In this document: positions 22,080-31,375 of the stretch, piece by piece
How positions within the stretch are numbered: position 1 is the first letter of the stretch
Layout of the letters: every line of letters begins with the position of its first letter
From: Kiritimatiellia bacterium
Lineage (GTDB): Bacteria > Verrucomicrobiota > Kiritimatiellia > RFP12 > UBA1067
NCBI GenBank assembly: GCA_051884805.1
Contig: JBJEWA010000110.1
Span: 11,204-75,203, forward strand
Length of the DNA stretch: 64,000 nucleotides
Direction of reading: 5' to 3'
Position numbers and translations under genes: made by a program
Notes under the pieces: model-generated
Told to the model about the DNA's origin: nothing
Database searches by the model: none
What the model saw: only the letters and a program-made list of their open reading frames with translations

Positions 22080-25000
22080 ATGAACACGGGACTTTTCTGC
22101 AGGCGGGTGGTCGCGGCGGTGGCCGCAGCGTGGATGACGGGCGCCTTTGCCGCGGCGACGCGCGGCGAGGTCAGGCGCGGGACGGCGCAGGACCGGCTCG
22201 TCTCCTTCCGCGAATCCGGTTCCGTCGGCTACACGGTGACCGACCCGGCGGGGCCGTGCGAAATCTCCTATCGGTTCAGGGTGCTGGAGCGCAACCAGTC
22301 CAAGCAGGGCTATGCCTTCATGCTGCACCTCTACGGCGGCGACGCGTCCGCGCTCGTCAGCATGCGCGACGCGAAGACGCTCGAGTCCTACTTCTACCGC
22401 AACGGCAAGAAATGCGGCTACATCCGGCATACGGGCGACGCGGCGCATCCGGACGGCGCCTGGCACGAGGTCAGGGTCTCCGTGCGGGCGAAGACGATCG
22501 TCGTGACGCTGGACGGGCACGAGATCGGCAACGGCCAGCATTCCGGCTTCTGCCCCGTCGAGAGGTTCGACTTCTGGTCGTACGGACTCAAGACGGAGCT
22601 CGCGGACGTCACGCACCGTACGCTGGCGGTCGAAAAGCCCGTCCTGGTCGAGCGGCCGACTTACGCGCTCGAGCGCCTGCCGGACGACCTGACGGCGGCG
22701 AAGCTCGACCGGCCCTTTGACGCGAAGGTCGGCGGCATCATGTTCTGGGCGCGCTTCACCGGCGCGCACGGCAGGCTCTTTTCGCTTTGCCGCGGCAAGG
22801 AGACGGTCGTCCGCGCCGACGTCGGCGGCGAGGCGGGGAACCGCGCGAACGTCTGGGTGCGGCGGACGGACGACGAGAAAGGCCTCGTCTACACGCGTTC
22901 CTACCCGAACCGGAAGGGCGACTGGGTGCTGGTGACGCTGACCTGGAACGAGGACGGCGAGGCGAAGTACTTCATCAACACGCTGCCCTATCTCGTCTGC
23001 TTTAATCCCGGCCAGCGCATGCCCGACTTCCTCCACGCCGACGTGGACGGCGTCGACGGCATCGTCTTCCCCGAGCTCGGAAAGCGCGGCGCCGAGATCC
23101 GCCGGCTCAAGCTCTTCCACCGTCCGATCGCCAACACCGAGGTCTGGAACGAGTACCGTGCGTTCGTGCCGGTTGACATGGTCATGAACGAGACGATCGT
23201 GCCGGAAAACGAGCTGGCGTCCGTCACGCTGCAGGTCGGCCCGGCGGGGCTATACACCCGTCCCTGCCCCGTGCAGCTCGACGGTTTCCGCCCGGCCGAC
23301 AAGGTCGCGTTCGCTCTCGTCGTGCGCGACGGGCGCGGCGAGGTCCTCGCGACCGACCGCCAGGAGGTCGAGGTGGACGGCGCGGTCGATCTCAGGTTCC
23401 CCGCACGCGCGTACGCGAAGGGCAACTACACGCTTGAGGTGACGGTGAACGGCTTCTACCGCCGCACCTTCGGCTTCGCGGCCTTCACCTCCGACTACCG
23501 CCCCGACTGCTCGGCGGAGGACCGCGTGCGCGGCGAGCTCCTCTACCTGCGCGAGCCGCAGGCGGACGACGGGGATCTCCTGCGCCAGGGCGCGGTCTCG
23601 ATGCGCACGACGCCGCTTGGCCGTTATCTCGAATGCGGCGACGACCAGACCGACCGCATCTCGTTCGAGATCGGATTCCCGCCGGATGTCTGCGGCCAGC
23701 CCGTCGAGCTCGAGATCGAGTGGCCGGACGACAAGCCGCGCCTGGCGGGCTTCTACATGTACGCGCCGCAGGGCGCCAACCGCGACTACCTGCAGCAGGC
23801 GGTTTCGAGCGGCTATGAGATTCCGCTTTCGCGGCAGCTGCAGCGGTCGGTCTTCCTATTCTTCCCGGGCGTCACCAACTACCTCTTCGAGGCCCGCACG
23901 CTGGCGCCGCATATGCCTGCGGCGGTGAAGGCGGTCCGCGTCTACCGCGTGAAGGACGGGCTCCTGCCGGCCAACCGCATCGAGACGCCGCAGGGGATGC
24001 CGGGACGGCACTTCGGCTTCTACGACGAGGACCAGACGTTCCACAACAACCTCAACGCCCAGGCGATGGCCAGGAACGCGCCGTGCCGCGAGGCCTACCG
24101 GGCCAAGTATCCGACCGCCATCACCTGGGCGACGGACGAGCTTTACCGCTACTTCGACTACATCGGCATGGACACCGTCTCCGAACCGACCTGGCGCTAC
24201 CACGTCTCCTACTTCCCCCTTGAGGGGCAGACTGGCGCCGGCCTCTGGCCGGGACGCGACCTCGCGTGGATCTGGCGGGACTTCCCGAAGCACGGCAAGC
24301 GCTTCATCGCCTCGCTCAACTTCGGCAACCTGCCCGACGTCAAGTGGGCGGAAAAGATCGACGGCGACTACCTGGAGCGCGGCATGGAGATGCTCGACCG
24401 GTCGGGCGACCCGATTCCCGGCTATCTCGAAGGCCCGCGCACGGCGAATCCGTGCCATCCGAAGTGCGTGGAGCTCTTCCTGAACTACCTGCGCGATCCC
24501 GTGCGCCGCTACGCGAAGTCGGGCCTCGCAGGCATCCAGTACGAGATCGTGACCTGGGGCACGTGGGGCAAGCTCGAAAACGGCTACGACGACTACACGA
24601 CCGGCAAGTTCGCGAAGGAGACGGGGATCCGCGTCCCGGAGCAGCTCAGGGAGCGCTACGCCTATCTCACCGGCGAGCAGCGCGAGGCGTGGCTCAAGTG
24701 GCGCGCCGGGCAGGTCACGAACCTCGTGCGGGCGATGCGCACGATGCTGGACGAAATCAACCCCGAACTCGTCCTCGAACTGATCGTCCCGGCCTCCGGC
24801 CGCTACGTCGAGCGCGGAATCGACGTCGACGCGATCAAGCGGATTCCGAACGTCGTCTTCTGCGTGACGCGCAACGCCACGCACTACCGCCACGACATGC
24901 ACTGGTCGAAGCCGGAATCGACGCTCAACGAGGACCTCTACGACTTCGCCAAGGCCGACGCGGCGGATCTCGCCGTCAACGGCGCGGTCGCCTCGGTGCG

Positions 25001-26204
25001 GAGCGCCTACAGCTACTTCGAGACGTTCGTGAAGCCGCTCCGGCCGCAGCCGTACAACTGCTACTTCGAGAATGCGGACGCGAAGCCGTGGGGACGCCAC
25101 TTCCTGCGCGAGGCGGCCTACTCGCTCGCCGCCTACGACATGCTCGAGTACACCGCCGGCGGACAGCCGCTGCCGTCCGTCGGCTTCGAGTCCGAGAGCC
25201 GCGAGTTCGCGCGCGCGTTCCGCTTCCTGCCGGCGCAGCCGTTCAAGGACGTGGGCGGCATCCGCGATCCGGCGGTCGCACGCAGCCTGAAGACGGCGAA
25301 CGGGACCTACTGGTACGTCGTCAACGTCTTCCACGCGCCGATCACCGTGCGGCTCGATCTCGGCGGACCGCAGCCGGAGCGGCTGACGCTCAAGGCCTAC
25401 GAGGTCCGCAGCGGACTCGTCGCGGACAGGCAGGTCGATGTCCGGAACCTCGAGCTCGTTGCGGTCGATCCGGCGGCGGAGGCGCTCTACGCGGAGCGCC
25501 TCGCCGAGCTGGCGGCGTCCGTCGCCGAACTCGAGCGCGCCGGCGTCGAGGTGCGGGACGAGCAGGCCTGCGTCGGGACGCTCGCGCGGCTCCAGGCGCA
25601 GCGGCGCTGGGCGGAGCTCCACCGCGTCGCGTTCTCGCGGCTCATGAACCGGCTGGTCGCGAAGCGGGCGAACGTGCAGGACGTCCTCGCCGAACAGCGG
25701 ATGGCGAAGACCGGCGCCTGGAAGGTGAACTGCGGCTCGAACGGCTACTACCACGCGCCGAACGGGGCGCTTTTCCTGCCCGACGTCGCGTTCAACGGCA
25801 GCTACGGCCATCTCGGCGGCGACCATCACTGCGCGTCGCGCGAAGTGACCGGCATCCACGGCACGGACCTTCCCGAAATCTACAAGTCCGAGGCGTACTG
25901 GCTCGGCGCCTACCGGTTCAAGGTGCCGAACGGCCGGTATCGCGTGACGCTGCACATGAAGTACGGCTTCGAACGCGGCTTCACCGGCACGCAGCCGCTT
26001 GCCTCGACGGTCCAGGTGAACGGCGCGGCCGTCTGGGACAACGTCGACTTCTATACGGCGCAGGACAAGGACTTCCGCAAGGCGCTCCAGTGCGTGTCCG
26101 AAACAGAGGCGAAGGACGGCGAAATCGTCATCCGGCTGCGTCCAGAACGCAAGACCCATCCCTCCGTGCCGCTCTTGAACGGCATCGAAATCGAACCCCT
26201 CTGA
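22080..26204 (+). CDS. Large secreted carbohydrate-active protein with LamG-like N-terminal region and C-terminal malectin-like domain
   Basis: Signal peptide MNTGLFCRRVVAAVAAAWMTGAFAAA. The C-terminus WKVNCGSNGYYHAPNGALFLPD...IYKSEAYW...YRVTLHMKY...PLLNGIEIEP resembles malectin domains. Confidence 0.8.
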   Translation: MNTGLFCRRVVAAVAAAWMTGAFAAATRGEVRRGTAQDRLVSFRESGSVGYTVTDPAGPCEISYRFRVLERNQSKQGYAFMLHLYGGDASALVSMRDAKTLESYFYRNGKKCGYIRHTGDAAHPDGAWHEVRVSVRAKTIVVTLDGHEIGNGQHSGFCPVERFDFWSYGLKTELADVTHRTLAVEKPVLVERPTYALERLPDDLTAAKLDRPFDAKVGGIMFWARFTGAHGRLFSLCRGKETVVRADVGGEAGNRANVWVRRTDDEKGLVYTRSYPNRKGDWVLVTLTWNEDGEAKYFINTLPYLVCFNPGQRMPDFLHADVDGVDGIVFPELGKRGAEIRRLKLFHRPIANTEVWNEYRAFVPVDMVMNETIVPENELASVTLQVGPAGLYTRPCPVQLDGFRPADKVAFALVVRDGRGEVLATDRQEVEVDGAVDLRFPARAYAKGNYTLEVTVNGFYRRTFGFAAFTSDYRPDCSAEDRVRGELLYLREPQADDGDLLRQGAVSMRTTPLGRYLECGDDQTDRISFEIGFPPDVCGQPVELEIEWPDDKPRLAGFYMYAPQGANRDYLQQAVSSGYEIPLSRQLQRSVFLFFPGVTNYLFEARTLAPHMPAAVKAVRVYRVKDGLLPANRIETPQGMPGRHFGFYDEDQTFHNNLNAQAMARNAPCREAYRAKYPTAITWATDELYRYFDYIGMDTVSEPTWRYHVSYFPLEGQTGAGLWPGRDLAWIWRDFPKHGKRFIASLNFGNLPDVKWAEKIDGDYLERGMEMLDRSGDPIPGYLEGPRTANPCHPKCVELFLNYLRDPVRRYAKSGLAGIQYEIVTWGTWGKLENGYDDYTTGKFAKETGIRVPEQLRERYAYLTGEQREAWLKWRAGQVTNLVRAMRTMLDEINPELVLELIVPASGRYVERGIDVDAIKRIPNVVFCVTRNATHYRHDMHWSKPESTLNEDLYDFAKADAADLAVNGAVASVRSAYSYFETFVKPLRPQPYNCYFENADAKPWGRHFLREAAYSLAAYDMLEYTAGGQPLPSVGFESESREFARAFRFLPAQPFKDVGGIRDPAVARSLKTANGTYWYVVNVFHAPITVRLDLGGPQPERLTLKAYEVRSGLVADRQVDVRNLELVAVDPAAEALYAERLAELAASVAELERAGVEVRDEQACVGTLARLQAQRRWAELHRVAFSRLMNRLVAKRANVQDVLAEQRMAKTGAWKVNCGSNGYYHAPNGALFLPDVAFNGSYGHLGGDHHCASREVTGIHGTDLPEIYKSEAYWLGAYRFKVPNGRYRVTLHMKYGFERGFTGTQPLASTVQVNGAAVWDNVDFYTAQDKDFRKALQCVSETEAKDGEIVIRLRPERKTHPSVPLLNGIEIEPL

Positions 26205-26217
26205 GGATCCAGTCACC

Positions 26218-29200
26218 ATGACTTTCCCGCTCCTGCTGGCCGTCGCCGCGTTCGAAACCTGCCGCGTCTCCGCCTTTCCCTTCAACCGCGAGTGGCCCGG
26301 ACACGAGCGCGAGCTGGCGCAGACGCGCGAGGCGAAGTTCGTGCGCGTCGAGGCGGACGGACGCGAACAGGAACTCGACGTCGGCCCTGCGGCGCTGCCG
26401 GCGACGCTCCTGCCGATGTCCGCGGCGAATCGCCTGACCGCACGGGACGGCCGCTGGCGTCTCCGGCTCGACGCGCCCGCCGACTACGTGGTCGATTTCG
26501 GCGAGGCGGCGCCGGCCGTGCACGTCTTCGGCCAGCCGCCGTGGTCGTACGCGCCGCAGGCGGGCGACCTCTACTTCGGCCCGGGCGAGCACGACGTCGG
26601 GACGCTCGCGATCTCCAACTCGAACTGCCGCGTGGTGATCGACCGCGGGGCGGTCTTCTTCGGGACGCTCCGCGTGACCGGCGCGACGAACGTGACGGTG
26701 TGCGGACGCGGCACGGTCGACGGGTCGCGCTGCCGGCGGCGCAACGGCGGACTGCTCCGCTTCGCGAAGTGCCGCGGCGCGCGGATCGAGGGCCTGGTGC
26801 TCAGGGATTCGGGCGGCTTCAACCTGACGCTGGACGACTGCGACGACACGGTCGTCGACGGCGTCAAGATCATCGGCGCGTGGCGGTACAACTCGGACGG
26901 CATCGACGTCTGCGCCAGCCGCGACACGGTCGTGCGGAACTGCTTCGTCCGCAGCTACGACGACTGCGTGGTCGCGCGCGGGGCGTGTCCCTGGGTGGCG
27001 GACGCGCCGCTGTCGCGGATGATGGTCTCGAACAACGTCCTCTGGTGCGACTGGGGCAAGAACTGCGAGGTCTGGGCGGGCTCGCGCCCGGGCGTCGTCG
27101 AGGACGTCACGTACTGCGGCAACCGGCTCGTGCGGACGGCCGGCGTCGCGATGGACGTGACGACGTGGTTCGGCTCCTCGAACACGGTCGTCCGCAACAT
27201 CCGCTTCGAGGACCAGGAGCTCGACCTCGAGAACGACCGCTGGGCGCTCAAGCTGCAGGCCTTCGACGGCGAGGAATTCGTCCGCACGCGGCAACCCGAA
27301 TGCGTCTTCGGCAACGTCGACTGCACGGGAATCGGCCCCGAGGGCGGCAACGAGATCGACGGCGATTCGGATGCCGACTGTTCAAACTACCGCCTCGTCT
27401 ATTCGAATGTCGTCTATTCGAACATCCGCGCCTACAACGTGCGCGAGCCGCTGGTCCTGCGCGTCGTCGCGGATCCGCGCTATCACCTCCTCGAAGGCTT
27501 CTCGGCCGAGGGCCTGCCGGAGGGGACGGTCATCCGGCGCCAGGGGCCGGCGAGCAACAATCCGGTCTTCCAGACGGACCGGGTGCGCTCCCTGGCGGGA
27601 CGCTGGCGGCTGACGCTGGACGGCAATGACGCCGGCTTCATCCACCTGCCCTCGACGACGGACATCGCCGGGAAGGGGGACGGCCTGGTCGGCGGGCAGC
27701 CGGTGGAGCGCATCCATCCGCAGCTCCTCGGGGCGAAGATGACGCAGGCGCTGACGATGCGCCTGACGCGGCGCCATCCGTTCGTCGGGGTCGCGGCATA
27801 CGAGAAGGAGGTCGTCATCCCCGCGTCCTGGACGAACCGTCACGTCACGCTGACGCTCGAACGCACCAAGATCGTGCGCGCCTTTGTCGACGGCATTGCG
27901 CTCGGCCGCCGCGAGACGCTGACGACGCCGGCGGTCTTCGCGTTGCCGGCGGAAATCGGCCACGGGCGGCACGTGATCCGCCTGGAGGTGGACAACCGCC
28001 TCGACGCGCTTCCGGTCTCGGGACACCAGGTCTCGGACGACACCCAGACGAACTGGAACGGCGTAATGGGGCGGATCGAGCTCCGGGCGGAGGATGCGCG
28101 GGCGATTGCGCGCGTCGACGCCTATCCGGACGCCGCGACGGGGCGCGTCCGCTTCCGCGCGATCGTGCGCGACGGCGGGACGGTGCGGACGAACTGGACG
28201 GAGAAGTCCTATCCGCCGTCCGCGCCGCGCTGGAGCGAGTTTTCGCCGACGCTGATCGCGGACGAGATCGAGGTTGACGGACTGAAGGCGAAGGTGCGGT
28301 TCGGATTCCGCGATTTCGCGACGAAGGGGACGCAGTTCACGGTCAACGGGCGGGTGACGTTCCTGCGCGGACGCCATGACGCCTGCGTGTGGCCGCTGAC
28401 GGGCGCCGCGCCGATGGACCTCGACACCTGGCGCGGCTATTTCCGGACGCTCCGCGAATACGGGCTCAATCATGTGCGCTGCCATTCCTGGTGCCCGCCC
28501 GAGGCGGCGTTCGCCGCGGCCGACGAGGCGGGTTTCTATCTCCAGCCGGAGTTCCCGTGCTTCGGCGGCGATTTCGAAAACGATGCGCGGCTGCGCGACT
28601 ACTGCCTGGCGGAGTCGAAGCGCATCCTCGACGCCTACGGCAACCATCCCTCCTTCGTGATGTACACGCTCGCCAACGAGCCGCTGAAGGGCCGCGAGGC
28701 GCGGCGGCGGATCGTGCGCGAGCTCAAGGCCTACGACTCGCGCCACCTTTACGCCCAGGGCTCGAACGGGGACTTCATCCGGCCTTCCTTTTGTGCGGGC
28801 GACGGATTCTGGAGCACCTTCCGGAGCGTCGCCGGCGAAGCGGGCAACGTGCGCGGCTCCTACGCCCATGCCAATTGTCCGCTCGGGGGCGTCCAGCTGC
28901 CCGGCGGCGGAACGCTGCGCGACTTCTCCGCCGCGCTCCGGCATTCGCCGGTGCCGCTTGTCGGGCATGAGGTCGGCCAGTATCAGGCCTATCCGGACTT
29001 CGACGAAATGGCCAAGTACACGGGCGTGCTCAAGCCGGTCAATTATGCGATCTTCCGCTCGCGGCTCGCGCAGGCGGGGATGCTCGGACTGGCCAAGGAC
29101 TTCTTCCGCGCGTCCGGTGCGCTGATGGCGATCAACTACCGCGAAGACATCGAGGAGGCGCTGCGCACGCCGGGCTTCGGCGGTTTTCAGCTCCTGGACC

Positions 29201-30135
29201 TGCAGGACTTTCCGGGGCAGGGCACGGCGCTCGTCGGCATCCTCGACGCCTTCATGGAGTCGAAGGGCTTCGTCACGCCCGAAGCCTGGCGCGGCTTCTG
29301 CGCGCCGACCGTGCTGCTGGCGCGCTTCCCGAGCCACACCCTCTTCGAGGGCGGGCGGCTGCAGGCGCAGCTCCAGCTCGCGCATTACGGCCGCGAAGAC
29401 GTCTTGGAGGGTACGCTCGTCTGGCGGCTGGCGGACGGCGAAACGACGGTCGAAACCGGCTCCTGCCCGGTCGCGGCCCGCGTCGGCGCGGTGACGGATC
29501 TGGCGCAGGTTGACATCGCTCTCCGGCAAACGGGCCGGGCGCGAAAGCTGTCGCTGGAACTCGCGCTGGCCGGAACGGCAGTCCGCAACCGCTATCCGAT
29601 TTGGGTGTACCCGCAGGTGGGCGACGAAATCCCGGCGGGGGTCGAGGTGGTGCGCGACCTGAGCTCCGCCGAGCGGCTGCTGGACGAAGGCCGGCGCGTC
29701 CTCTGCGTTCTCGATGCGGCGCAGGCGCCGGCTGGTTCGGTGCCGGGGGCTTTCGCGTCCGACTTCTGGAACTGGGAGATGTTCTGCCACATCTGCAAGT
29801 CGGGCGGGAAGCCGCCCGCGCCGGGGACGCTCGGACTGCTCGTCCGGAACGGACATCCCGCGCTGGCCGGGTTCCCGTCCTCCTTCCATTCCGATTGGCA
29901 GTGGCGCGAACTGATCCTGAACGGCGTCAACGTCGTCCTGGACGACGATCCCGAGGCGGACATCATCGTGCAGGGAATCGACAACGTGAGCCGCAACCAT
30001 CGTCTCGGCGTCATCTGGGAGAAGCGCCGCGGCGCGGGACGGCTGCTGGTCTCGGCCATCGACTTCGAGCGCTGTGCGGGACGTCCGGAAGCCGCTGCGC
30101 TCCGGCGCTCGCTGCTCGACTGCCTGGGCCAGTGA
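26218..30135 (+). CDS. Fusion glycoside hydrolase: GH28-like beta-helix N-terminal part + GH2-like (sugar-binding + TIM barrel) C-terminal part
   Basis: GH28-like: YNSDGIDVCASRDTVVRNCFVRSYDDCVV. GH2-like: GLNHVRCHSWCPPEAAFAAADEAGFYLQPEF and HPSFVMYTLANEP. It starts 14 nt after the upstream stop. Confidence 0.8.
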   Translation: MTFPLLLAVAAFETCRVSAFPFNREWPGHERELAQTREAKFVRVEADGREQELDVGPAALPATLLPMSAANRLTARDGRWRLRLDAPADYVVDFGEAAPAVHVFGQPPWSYAPQAGDLYFGPGEHDVGTLAISNSNCRVVIDRGAVFFGTLRVTGATNVTVCGRGTVDGSRCRRRNGGLLRFAKCRGARIEGLVLRDSGGFNLTLDDCDDTVVDGVKIIGAWRYNSDGIDVCASRDTVVRNCFVRSYDDCVVARGACPWVADAPLSRMMVSNNVLWCDWGKNCEVWAGSRPGVVEDVTYCGNRLVRTAGVAMDVTTWFGSSNTVVRNIRFEDQELDLENDRWALKLQAFDGEEFVRTRQPECVFGNVDCTGIGPEGGNEIDGDSDADCSNYRLVYSNVVYSNIRAYNVREPLVLRVVADPRYHLLEGFSAEGLPEGTVIRRQGPASNNPVFQTDRVRSLAGRWRLTLDGNDAGFIHLPSTTDIAGKGDGLVGGQPVERIHPQLLGAKMTQALTMRLTRRHPFVGVAAYEKEVVIPASWTNRHVTLTLERTKIVRAFVDGIALGRRETLTTPAVFALPAEIGHGRHVIRLEVDNRLDALPVSGHQVSDDTQTNWNGVMGRIELRAEDARAIARVDAYPDAATGRVRFRAIVRDGGTVRTNWTEKSYPPSAPRWSEFSPTLIADEIEVDGLKAKVRFGFRDFATKGTQFTVNGRVTFLRGRHDACVWPLTGAAPMDLDTWRGYFRTLREYGLNHVRCHSWCPPEAAFAAADEAGFYLQPEFPCFGGDFENDARLRDYCLAESKRILDAYGNHPSFVMYTLANEPLKGREARRRIVRELKAYDSRHLYAQGSNGDFIRPSFCAGDGFWSTFRSVAGEAGNVRGSYAHANCPLGGVQLPGGGTLRDFSAALRHSPVPLVGHEVGQYQAYPDFDEMAKYTGVLKPVNYAIFRSRLAQAGMLGLAKDFFRASGALMAINYREDIEEALRTPGFGGFQLLDLQDFPGQGTALVGILDAFMESKGFVTPEAWRGFCAPTVLLARFPSHTLFEGGRLQAQLQLAHYGREDVLEGTLVWRLADGETTVETGSCPVAARVGAVTDLAQVDIALRQTGRARKLSLELALAGTAVRNRYPIWVYPQVGDEIPAGVEVVRDLSSAERLLDEGRRVLCVLDAAQAPAGSVPGAFASDFWNWEMFCHICKSGGKPPAPGTLGLLVRNGHPALAGFPSSFHSDWQWRELILNGVNVVLDDDPEADIIVQGIDNVSRNHRLGVIWEKRRGAGRLLVSAIDFERCAGRPEAAALRRSLLDCLGQ

Positions 30136-30159
30136 ACCCGACCTGGCGCTTGCCCAGCC

Positions 30160-30645
30160 CCAGTACCCGGGCGACCGTTGCCACGCCCCGCAGCGAGGGC
30201 GCTGCGGGTACTCTGCCGCCCAGAACCACCCCCACCCCCATTAGTACCCGGCGTGCCCCCACGCCGTGGCGCTGACCAGTCCATCCCCACCCCCGCTACC
30301 CGGCGACCATTACCTCGCCCCGCAGCGAGGGCGCTGCGGGTACTCTGCTGCCCATCCCCAACCCCCAGCCCAAGTACCCGGCGTGCCCAGCCCAAGTACC
30401 CGGCGTGCCCTCACGCCGTGGCGCTGACCAGCCCAATCCCAGCCCAACCCCATTAGGGGCCATCGGGGTCTGTCCCCACGATTCTTTGCGTCCTTTGCGT
30501 TCTTTGCGGCTAAGAACTTCTCTGTGACCCTGCGCCTCGGCGCGGGTCATGCGGGGTCTGTCCCCACAATTCGTCATCCCAGCCCCACTAACCAGCGACC
30601 ATTACCTCGCCCCGCAGCGAGGGCGCTGCGGGTACTCTGCTGGCC
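30160..30645. repeat. Cluster of REP-like palindromic elements (types A, B, C) upstream of tRNA-Leu
   Basis: Type A (CCCGCAGCG-AGGG-CGCTGCGGG with ~48-nt conserved flanks) at 30187-30208, 30319-30340 and 30611-30632. Type B (CGGCGTG-n4/5-CACGCCG) at 30249-30266 and 30401-30418. Type C (GGGGTCTGTCCCC) at 30465-30477 and 30553-30565. Additional hairpin at 30526-30548. Confidence 0.85.
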
Positions 30646-30680
30646 AGCCCGATCTGCCCGGCGCAAGACGCCGCTTGATT

Positions 30681-30689
30681 TGTTATAAT
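30681..30689 (+). promoter_or_regulatory. Extended -10 promoter element for tRNA-Leu
   Basis: TGtTATAAT at 30681-30689. Predicted TSS is near 30696, 6 nt before the mature tRNA 5' end. No clear -35. Confidence 0.45.
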
Positions 30690-30701
30690 ACGCCTCGCTC
30701 C

Positions 30702-30789
30702 GCCGGAGTGGTGGAATGGCAGACACCAGGGACTTAAAATCCCTTGTCAAGTATTTGACGTACGGGTTCGAGTCCCGTCTCCGGCACCA
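30702..30789 (+). tRNA. tRNA-Leu (anticodon UAA), type II with long variable arm, CCA encoded
   Basis: Manual fold. Acceptor GCCGGAG/CTCCGGC. D stem GTG/CAC. Anticodon stem AGGGA/TCCCT with loop CT-TAA-AA. Variable arm GTCAA-gtat-TTGAC. T arm ACGGG-TTCGAGT-CCCGT. Discriminator A plus CCA. Confidence 0.97.
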
Positions 30790-30817
30790 GTATTGCCTGC
30801 GGGCGTGAGGAGGTTGC

Positions 30818-31375
30818 GTGAGATTGTCGGCGGCCATGGGTTCGGCGGTGATCGCCTTGTGCGGATGCGGCGGTGTGCGGACTGCCGCACCGACCGGCGG
30901 CTTGGCAGAGTACGTCGACTTCGTGCGGGAACTGGCCGCGAAGCCGGACGATCCGTGCTTTCCCGTCGAAAGTTTGGTCGGCTCGGGATTTGCGACGCGG
31001 GAATGCAAGTGCGAATACCGGCTCGTCTTCGCCGACAGCCGGTACGTGAGCTTCTACGCCAGGGAGTACCGGTATGCCGGCGGCGCGCACGGCAATACGA
31101 CGATAACGGTCGGAACGTTCGACCGCCGGACGGGCAGGCGGGTGGCGCTTGACGATGCGTTCCCGGCGGAAGCCCGGCCCGGCCTGGCGGCGCAGTTGCG
31201 CCAGCTGGTGGTCGAGAAGCTCGGCGGCGAGGAGCATTTGCAGGCGGAAGTCGTCCCGACGGAGAACTTCTGCCTGATGTCGGACGGCTGGCATTTCGTC
31301 TACAACGAGTATGAGGTCGCCTGTTATGCCGATGGTGCGGTCGAGGTCGTGATCGGCAGGGAGCGGAGCCGGTGA
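30818..31375 (+). CDS. DUF3298 (RsiV/PdaC C-terminal-like) lipoprotein
   Basis: GAGGAGG at 30807-30813 before GTG 30818. Lipobox-like IALCGCGG. YRYAGGAHG and SDGWHFVYNEYEVACYADG are typical of DUF3298. Confidence 0.75.
   Translation: MRLSAAMGSAVIALCGCGGVRTAAPTGGLAEYVDFVRELAAKPDDPCFPVESLVGSGFATRECKCEYRLVFADSRYVSFYAREYRYAGGAHGNTTITVGTFDRRTGRRVALDDAFPAEARPGLAAQLRQLVVEKLGGEEHLQAEVVPTENFCLMSDGWHFVYNEYEVACYADGAVEVVIGRERSR

Noticed and set aside
30296-30577. Small ORFs across the REP cluster (for example 30178-30456 + and 30296-30577 -) that repeatedly translate to ...PRSEGAAGT....
   Set aside because: The repeated peptide simply reflects translation of the type A palindrome in several copies. There are no start contexts, and the region behaves as a non-coding repeat.
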